This document shows, piece after piece, positions 57,467 through 64,000 of a DNA stretch of 64,000 nucleotides. The notes beneath the pieces are model-generated. The model was not told the DNA's origin. It was given only the letters and a program-made list of their open reading frames with translations, and made no database searches. Both the position numbers and the translations under genes were made by a program. The stretch comes from an uncultured Trueperaceae bacterium (GTDB lineage: Bacteria; Deinococcota; Deinococci; Deinococcales; Trueperaceae): contig CAWCXJ010000005.1 of the NCBI GenBank assembly GCA_963799485.1, positions 128,001 through 192,000 on the forward strand. The letters run 5' to 3'. Numbering within the stretch: position 1 is the first letter of the stretch; the number at the start of each line of letters is the position of its first letter.

Positions 57467-58480
57467 TCAGCTTTCGTAGCCGAGTTCGCGTAAAGATTCC
57501 GGGTCTTCACGCCACGATTTGTGCACGGCGACCTCGAGGTCCAAGTACACACCCCGGTTCAGGAAAATCTCGAGCTGCTTTCTGGCCGTGCGCCCGATTT
57601 CCCGGATCATGCTGCCGCCTTTACCCAAAACGATCATCCGGTGATTCGAGCGCTCGACCCAGATTTCTGCCAGGATGTAAACGAGGTCGTCCGAACCCTC
57701 CTCCGGGTCGCGCCACTCCAGCACCTGCACCGCCACCGCGTAAGGGAGTTCCTGGCGCAGGTGCGTCATCGCGCTCTCCCGGACGATTTCACCGGCCCAG
57801 GTTTCGCGGGACTGGTCGCTGCGGATGTTGTCCGGGAAAAAGAAGGGGCCGGGCTGGAGTTCGCTTAAGAGTTCGCTGCGCAAACGGTAAACCGCTCCTG
57901 GGTCGCTCTGGGCGCTCAAGCTGTAGCTGCGGCTTAGCGTCGGCACGAGGTCGCGGTAAAGACTCAGAGCTTCGTCCGGATACTTGGCGGCGTCGAGCTT
58001 GTTGCCGACCAGGTAAATACGCGTGTCGGGGCTGAGGCTGCGCAGGAGCCGAGCCACGTCCTTGTCTTCGTCTCCGGGTGGGCGGCGCAAATCGACGAGC
58101 CACAAAATCACGTCAACGTCTACTACAGCGTTTCTGACTTCGCGGTTCATGTATTCGCCCAACGCGTCTTTAGGCCGGTGAAATCCGGGGGTATCGACGA
58201 ATACGAGCTGCCGGTCGCCTTCGGTAAAGATACCGCGCACACCGCGCCGGGTCGTTTGCGGCTTGGCGGTAATCGGCGCGACTTTTACGCCCAAAAGCGT
58301 GTTTAGAAGCGTAGATTTGCCGACGTTGGGTTTGCCCAAAATGGCGACGAAACCGGAATAGGTTTTGGGTGAATCCACCTCCAGCATGTCGTTATCTAAG
58401 GCTTGCGCCTCTAAAGTTCCTGTCTCTAAGGTCTCTGTTTCTGCAAGCTCGGGCGAGGTGGTCTCTGAAGGTTCAGACAT
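57467..58480 (-). CDS. era: GTPase Era
   Basis: [26 protein letters not shown] domain GKGG.MI..IG. Confidence 0.96.
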   Translation of the reverse strand: MSEPSETTSPELAETETLETGTLEAQALDNDMLEVDSPKTYSGFVAILGKPNVGKSTLLNTLLGVKVAPITAKPQTTRRGVRGIFTEGDRQLVFVDTPGFHRPKDALGEYMNREVRNAVVDVDVILWLVDLRRPPGDEDKDVARLLRSLSPDTRIYLVGNKLDAAKYPDEALSLYRDLVPTLSRSYSLSAQSDPGAVYRLRSELLSELQPGPFFFPDNIRSDQSRETWAGEIVRESAMTHLRQELPYAVAVQVLEWRDPEEGSDDLVYILAEIWVERSNHRMIVLGKGGSMIREIGRTARKQLEIFLNRGVYLDLEVAVHKSWREDPESLRELGYES

Positions 58481-58804
58481 GTCAAACTCCCTTTTGCCGC
58501 GCGCTTTACCGTGCGGCGAGAACGCTCATTATAGCGCCCCCGGTCTTGTGGGATTTGCCTGTGGCCTAATGTCGAACCCGGTCAGGGGTATGCGGAACCG
58601 GCTTCTTTTACTTTGGCGGCGTGCGCTGACGGGTTGTGGTCTCGAGTAAACTGCCTATTAGAGACGAGTTGCCATCTGTTTACCGCTTCTTTGGCCCCCG
58701 GTGCAGCTACGTTGCTACTCGCCGCTCACCTACCCACCGCAGCGTTTCCCGCAAAACCTCACAAAAGGGTGTTCAAAAACGCTGAATTGTGCTAACTTTA
58801 AGAA

Positions 58805-59590
58805 GTGACCACCGATAATACGCTGGTGCCTGCCGAGCGCCATCAGCATATCCTGCGTCTAGCCTTGGGTGAGCGCATCGTCCGCATCAAAGACCTCGCG
58901 CGGAGTCTGGGCGTCCACGAGATGACGATTCGCCGCGACCTCGACACGCTCGCCGACCAGGGTTTGCTGCAACGCGTTCACGGCGGCGCGCGCCTGACGC
59001 AGCAAGCAGGCGCAGAAGTTGCCTACACGATGCGCGCGACGCAGCAGTTAGGCGCAAAGGCGCGTATCGCGCAGGCGGCGCTGTCTCTTGTTCAAGAGGG
59101 TGACGCGGTAGGCTTCGACGCCAGCACGACGGCGCTGACCCTCGCGCAGCGACTCGGTCGGGTACAAGTTCAGGCGGTCGTCACGGGTTTGGACGTTGCC
59201 AACGCGCTCGCCGCCGCAAAAGTCCCGTTTACACTGATCGGCGGCACCTTTCACGAACGGGCGCGCTCGTTTGTCGGGAGCATGGTGACGCAGGGTTTGT
59301 CGCGGCTCCACCTCGATACAGTCTTTTTCTCCGCCAAGGGGTTTTCGGTGCAGGCCGGGTTTACCGACGCGCACCTGCCCGAAGTCGAGGTCAAAGAGCG
59401 GCTGATTGCAGCCGGAAGAGAAATTGTGGCGCTCCTCGACAGCTCGAAAGTCGGGCATGAGGCGTTTAGCAAAATCGTCGGCTTAGAGAAAATCGACGTA
59501 CTGATTACCGACGCCGAACCGTCCGAAGAACTCCGGGAGGCGCTCGCTGCCGCCGACGTTCGGCTCATCGTCGCTGAGGAGGAAGGGTGA
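58805..59590 (+). CDS. DeoR-family regulator (probable rhamnose regulator)
   Basis: MTIRRDL, RVHGGA, DASTT, DSSK, ITD; heads the rhamnose operon. Confidence 0.9.
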   Translation: MTTDNTLVPAERHQHILRLALGERIVRIKDLARSLGVHEMTIRRDLDTLADQGLLQRVHGGARLTQQAGAEVAYTMRATQQLGAKARIAQAALSLVQEGDAVGFDASTTALTLAQRLGRVQVQAVVTGLDVANALAAAKVPFTLIGGTFHERARSFVGSMVTQGLSRLHLDTVFFSAKGFSVQAGFTDAHLPEVEVKERLIAAGREIVALLDSSKVGHEAFSKIVGLEKIDVLITDAEPSEELREALAAADVRLIVAEEEG

Positions 59591-60756
59591 ATCAGGCTGT
59601 TTTAGAGGCTCTACGCGCGCAAGCTATCGAAACGCCGTCGTGGGGTTACGGCGACACCGGCACCCGTTTCAAGACGTTTGCGTACCCCGGCGCAGCCCGG
59701 AACGTGTGGGAAAAAATCGCGGACGCCGCCGTCATTCATAAACTTACGGGCGTCGCCCCGCGTGTCGCGCTGCATATTCCGTGGGACAAGGTAGAAGACT
59801 GGGCCGAGCTTAAAGATTTTGCCGAAGGTTTAGGCGTCGGTATCGGCGCAATCAACCCGAACGTGTTTCAAGACGAAGCGTACAAACTCGGGTCGTTAGG
59901 ACACCCGGACGCCAAGGTGAGGCGGAAGGCTGTGGGGCAGCTGCTGGGGTGCTGTGACGTAATGCGTGAAACCGGTGCGAAAGACCTCTCGCTCTGGTTT
60001 GCCGACGGCACGAATTACGCCGGTCAGGACAGTTTACGGGAACGTAAAGCGCACTTTGAAGAAGGTTTAGCCGAGGTTTACGCCGCGCTGCCCGAAGGCG
60101 GTCGGATGCTTTTAGAGTACAAACCCTTCGAGCCCGCTTTTTACGCGACAGACATTGCCGACTGGGGCATGGCCTACGCACACTGTCTTAAACTCGGGCC
60201 GAAAGCCCAAGTTTTAGTGGATTTGGGCCACCACCTGCAGGGCACCAACATCGAGCAGATTGTCGCGTTTTTGCTCTCCGAAGAAAAACTCGGCGGGTTT
60301 CACTTTAACAGCCGCCGTTACGCCGACGACGACCTGATTGTCGGCAGCAAAGACCCCTTTGAGCTGTTTTGTATCTACACCGAACTCATCAAGGCCCGTC
60401 ACGACGACCTGCCCGGAGCCGAGCGCGTCGTCTATATGATCGACCAGAGCCACAACATCGAACCGAAGTTGGAGGCCATGCTGCTCTCGGTTCTCAATTG
60501 TCAAGAGGCGTATGCCAAAGCGTTGCAGCTGGACTTTACGGCGCTTTCGGAACGGCAGCAGCAAGGAGACGTTCTGGGCGCACACGAAGTCTTGATGGAC
60601 GCGTTTAGAACCGACGTGCGGCCTCTTTTACGGGAGTTCCGGGAGACGTCAGGGCTAGACCCCAACCCTATGCAAGCGTTGAAACAAGGCGGCTACGCGG
60701 AGAAAAACGCCTCAGAGCGCGGCACCGCCACCGGTGGCGGCGGCTATCCGAGCTGA
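59587..60756 (+). CDS. rhaI: L-rhamnose isomerase (RhaI type)
   Basis: [51 protein letters not shown]. Confidence 0.9.
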   Translation: MNQAVLEALRAQAIETPSWGYGDTGTRFKTFAYPGAARNVWEKIADAAVIHKLTGVAPRVALHIPWDKVEDWAELKDFAEGLGVGIGAINPNVFQDEAYKLGSLGHPDAKVRRKAVGQLLGCCDVMRETGAKDLSLWFADGTNYAGQDSLRERKAHFEEGLAEVYAALPEGGRMLLEYKPFEPAFYATDIADWGMAYAHCLKLGPKAQVLVDLGHHLQGTNIEQIVAFLLSEEKLGGFHFNSRRYADDDLIVGSKDPFELFCIYTELIKARHDDLPGAERVVYMIDQSHNIEPKLEAMLLSVLNCQEAYAKALQLDFTALSERQQQGDVLGAHEVLMDAFRTDVRPLLREFRETSGLDPNPMQALKQGGYAEKNASERGTATGGGGYPS

Positions 60757-61496
60757 TGCGCGTCTCGTTATTTATCACCTGCTACACCGACACGCTTTTT
60801 CCCGAAACCGGGCGGGCGGTGGTCGAGGTGTTAGAACGGCTCGGTCACACCGTAGACTTTCCCGAAGCGCAGACGTGTTGCGGGCAGATGCACGTGAATA
60901 CCGGGTATCAGCAAGAGGCGCTGCTGCTGGTGCGTCACTTTGCCGAAACGTTTCGGGACGCCGAAGTTATCGTCTCGCCGTCGGCGTCTTGTGTCGGTTT
61001 GGTGCGCGAGCTTTATCCGGAGCTGGCGCGGCGTACCGGAGATGATACGCTCGTCACCGAAGTCGAAGCGCTTTCTCAAAAAGTCCTCGAGTTTTCCGAG
61101 TTTCTGGTCAAACTGGGTGTGTCGGACGTGGGCGCGTACTACCCACACCGCGTCACCTACCATCCGACGTGTCACAGTTTACGGGGGCTTAAAATCGGCG
61201 ACGCGCCTATCAAGCTGTTAGAGAACGTACGGGGCCTCGAGCTCGTCCCCTTAGAAAACGCCGCCGAGTGCTGCGGTTTCGGCGGCACCTTTGCCATCAA
61301 AAACGCCGATACCAGCACCGCCATGCTCTCCGACAAGGTGCGCTGCATCCTAAACGGTCGCGCCGAAGTCTGCGCCGCTGTAGACAATTCGTGCCTGATG
61401 CATATCGGCGGGGCGCTCCACCGGGGGCGCACGGGCGTGCGGACGGTTCATCTCGCCGAGATTTTGGCCTCGCGGGAAGGGGACACGCATGTCTAA
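60756..61496 (+). CDS. lutA: L-lactate utilisation protein A (LutA/LldE)
   Basis: Two CCG domains (QTCCGQ, CCGFGGTF). Confidence 0.9.
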   Translation: MRVSLFITCYTDTLFPETGRAVVEVLERLGHTVDFPEAQTCCGQMHVNTGYQQEALLLVRHFAETFRDAEVIVSPSASCVGLVRELYPELARRTGDDTLVTEVEALSQKVLEFSEFLVKLGVSDVGAYYPHRVTYHPTCHSLRGLKIGDAPIKLLENVRGLELVPLENAAECCGFGGTFAIKNADTSTAMLSDKVRCILNGRAEVCAAVDNSCLMHIGGALHRGRTGVRTVHLAEILASREGDTHV

Positions 61497-62919
61497 AGTC
61501 CCGTTACCGATGCGCTTTGAAAGGGCAGCCAAACGCACCCTCGCCGACACGCAACTCCGCCGTAATCTGGGCAAAGCGACCACGACCATCCGGGAAAAAC
61601 GGGCGGCGGTCGTGTCCGAGCTGCCCGATTGGGAGGCGTTACGGGACGCAGGTGAGGCGATTAAAACGCAGGTCATGGCAAACTTGGACGGGTATTTGGA
61701 AGAGCTCGAGGCCGCCGTAACTCGGGCCGGGGGACACGTTCACTGGGCCAGGGACGCCGCCGAAGCCAACGAGCTGATTACGGCGTTGGTCGAACAGCAC
61801 GGGGCAAATGAAGTTATCAAGGTCAAGTCGATGGCAACGGATGAAATCGGTCTGAACGACGCGCTCGCGCAGGCCGGAGTTCAGGCCATCGAAACCGACT
61901 TAGCCGAACTCATCATCCAGCTCGCCGGTGAAACCTCGTCGCATATTCTGGTGCCTGCCATCCACAAAAACCGCGCCGAAATCCGTGAACTCTTTATGCG
62001 AACGCTGGGCTTACCCGAGTTGTCCGACGAACCTGCAGCGTTAGCAGGCGCAGCGCGGCGCTACTTGCGTGAGAAGTTTTTAAGCGTCCCGGTCGGGATC
62101 AGCGGCGCAAACTTTGCCGTAGCGGCGACCGGCACGGTCGGCGTCGTTGAATCCGAAGGCAACGGGCGGATGTGTTTGACGCTGCCCAAAGTCCTGATTT
62201 CGGTGATGGGCATCGAAAAACTCCTACCGACGTGGCGCGATTTAGAGGTCTTCTTACAACTTTTGCCGCGTTCCTCGACGGGTGAGCGGATGAACCCCTA
62301 CACCTCATTCTGGACGGGCGTGACACCGGGCGACGGGCCGCAGGAGTTTCACCTCGTGATGCTCGACAACGGACGCACCCGAGTTTTAGCCGATGAGGTC
62401 GGGCGGGCGGCGCTGCACTGTATCCGCTGCAGCGCGTGCTTAAACGTCTGCCCGGTGTACGAACGCGCGGGCGGACACGCTTACGGCTCGGTCTATCCGG
62501 GGCCGATTGGCGCAATCCTGACGCCGCAACTTAAAGGTGTCCAGAACGCCTCGTCGCTGCCGTTTGCGTCGTCACTGTGCGGTGCGTGCTACGAGGTCTG
62601 TCCGGTCAAGATTGATATTCCCAAGATTCTGGTGCATTTACGGGCCGAGGTGGTCGAACGAAAAGAAGGCAAACCGCTGAGGAGGCTCGAGCCCGAACGC
62701 CTAGCTATGATAGCCGCCGCAAAAATCTTCGCCGTCCCAAGCCGGTACGAGCGGGCGCAAAGGTTGGCGCGGACGGCGCAGGTCCCGTTTGTTCGCAGAG
62801 GGTTTTTAGAGCGTTTACCGGGGCCGCTCGCGGGGTGGTCGGCGACGCGCGATTTGAAGGCGGTTCCGAAAGAACCCTTTAGAGACTGGTGGCGCAAAAG
62901 ACCGCGTAGTGAGCAATGA
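61489..62919 (+). CDS. lutB: L-lactate utilisation Fe-S protein B (LutB/LldF)
   Basis: ETDLAE, NEGN-like SEGN, CIRCSACLNVCP, YPGPIG, CGACYEVCP. Confidence 0.93.
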   Translation: MSKVPLPMRFERAAKRTLADTQLRRNLGKATTTIREKRAAVVSELPDWEALRDAGEAIKTQVMANLDGYLEELEAAVTRAGGHVHWARDAAEANELITALVEQHGANEVIKVKSMATDEIGLNDALAQAGVQAIETDLAELIIQLAGETSSHILVPAIHKNRAEIRELFMRTLGLPELSDEPAALAGAARRYLREKFLSVPVGISGANFAVAATGTVGVVESEGNGRMCLTLPKVLISVMGIEKLLPTWRDLEVFLQLLPRSSTGERMNPYTSFWTGVTPGDGPQEFHLVMLDNGRTRVLADEVGRAALHCIRCSACLNVCPVYERAGGHAYGSVYPGPIGAILTPQLKGVQNASSLPFASSLCGACYEVCPVKIDIPKILVHLRAEVVERKEGKPLRRLEPERLAMIAAAKIFAVPSRYERAQRLARTAQVPFVRRGFLERLPGPLAGWSATRDLKAVPKEPFRDWWRKRPRSEQ

Positions 62920-62929
62920 GTAACGAGCC

Positions 62930-63559
62930 ATGAGTGACGCTAAGACCGAGATTTTAAGCCGGATACGGGGCGCTTTAGGTGAACGTCGGAATGCGCCTGA
63001 GGTGGCGCGAGGCTACCTCCACACCTCAGGCTTGCCGCAAACCGAACTTGTCGAAATGTTTTCTGAGCGCACCACCGAATACCGTGCGACGGTCTACCGG
63101 ACGATCGAGGCCGAACTGAGTAAGAAAATCGCAGAAGTCTGCCGTTTACGCGGGGCAAAAACGCTCGTCGTTCCTGCCGACCTGCCGGATTCTTGGAGAG
63201 CTCGAGCTGTGCAGTTCATCCCCGACAACGGCCTGACGAACGCCGAACTGAGCGCCGCCGACGGCGTGCTGAGCGGGTGTGCGCTGGCGGTGGCGCAAAC
63301 CGGAACCCTCGTTCTAGACGGTGGTACGGCGCAGGGGCGGCGCGCTCTGACGCTCTTACCCGACCTGCACCTCTGCGTCGTCTTTACGCGTCAAATCGTC
63401 GGGACGGTGCCCGAGGCGGTTACGGCGTTGCAAGGTGCAGCAACCCGTCCCCTGACCTTGATTTCAGGGCCGTCGGCTACCTCGGACATCGAACTGAACC
63501 GGGTCGAAGGGGTTCACGGCCCGCGCACCCTAAATATCTTGCTCGTGGAGGAGACTTGA
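62930..63559 (+). CDS. lutC: L-lactate utilisation protein C (LutC/LldG)
   Basis: ISGPSATSDIE...V.GVHGP. Confidence 0.92.
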   Translation: MSDAKTEILSRIRGALGERRNAPEVARGYLHTSGLPQTELVEMFSERTTEYRATVYRTIEAELSKKIAEVCRLRGAKTLVVPADLPDSWRARAVQFIPDNGLTNAELSAADGVLSGCALAVAQTGTLVLDGGTAQGRRALTLLPDLHLCVVFTRQIVGTVPEAVTALQGAATRPLTLISGPSATSDIELNRVEGVHGPRTLNILLVEET

Positions 63560-64000
63560 TGGATTTTCGGCACGTCAATTATTTGTGGGATGACGACAAG
63601 GCGGCGCAGTTAGGGCCGGTAGAACGGCTCGTCTACCGCTCGAACCTCTTAGGTCAAGACCAGCGCATTACGAATACAGGCGGCGGCAACACCTCGGCGA
63701 AACTCACCATGCGCGACCCGCTGACGGGCGAAGACGCCGAAATCTTATGGGTCAAAGGCTCCGGCGGCGACCTGAGGACGTCCAAACGCGAAAACTTCGC
63801 CTCGCTCTATCTGGAGAAGTTGGAGGCGCTTAAAAGTATCTACAACGCTGCGCCCGACAGGGGTGTCAAAACGCCCGTTGAAGACGAGATGGTGGGGCTG
63901 TACCCGCATACGGTTTACGGGCTGAACCCCAGGGCCTCGTCTATCGACACGCCGCTGCACGCCTTTATCCCTTTTAAGCACGTAGACCACACCCACCCGA
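63559..64000 (+). CDS. Bifunctional rhamnulose-1-phosphate aldolase/dehydrogenase (RhaEW-like), 5' part only
   Basis: TGATG overlap; YRSNLLG.D.RITNTGGGNTSAK, WVKGSGGDL, SIDTPLHAF....HVDHTHP; cut by the window end. Confidence 0.9.
   Translation, partial: MDFRHVNYLWDDDKAAQLGPVERLVYRSNLLGQDQRITNTGGGNTSAKLTMRDPLTGEDAEILWVKGSGGDLRTSKRENFASLYLEKLEALKSIYNAAPDRGVKTPVEDEMVGLYPHTVYGLNPRASSIDTPLHAFIPFKHVDHTHP

Noticed and set aside
1..64000. tRNA, rRNA, prophage or CRISPR-Cas content
   Set aside because: No cloverleaf, rRNA signature, phage structural gene or array was recognised by eye.

Overview
GC-rich (roughly 60% by eye) bacterial chromosomal segment. Gene content, Thermus/Deinococcus-style proteins and many apparently leaderless genes suggest Deinococcota, possibly Truepera-like (inference). 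The housekeeping backbone is thrS, guaA, apbC/mrp, valS with a Val T-box, pstSCAB, a seven-gene Mrp Na+/H+ antiporter, an M32 carboxypeptidase, rsmI, mfd, era, and a rhamnose operon with embedded lutABC that runs off the right edge. Accessory content includes a decayed IS1-family element, several lipoproteins, an S8 protease pair, a Pcs-like lipid synthase, a dynamin-like GTPase and a solitary MmeI-like restriction-modification enzyme. Four observations stand out. (1) A microbial rhodopsin has a DTK motif, no helix-B His and a Gly at the antenna-fenestration site. (2) An iron-siderophore uptake operon carries a flavodoxin fused to a domain I cannot name, and a shared 27-bp candidate operator lies upstream of both halves of the operon. 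(3) CTCGAG is strongly over-represented (about 110 copies counted by eye), like a highly iterated palindrome. (4) A tandem repeat inserts two translationally coupled 10-aa mini-ORFs between two permease genes. I recognised no rRNA, tRNA or CRISPR array. All calls come from motif recognition by eye; no database searches were run.
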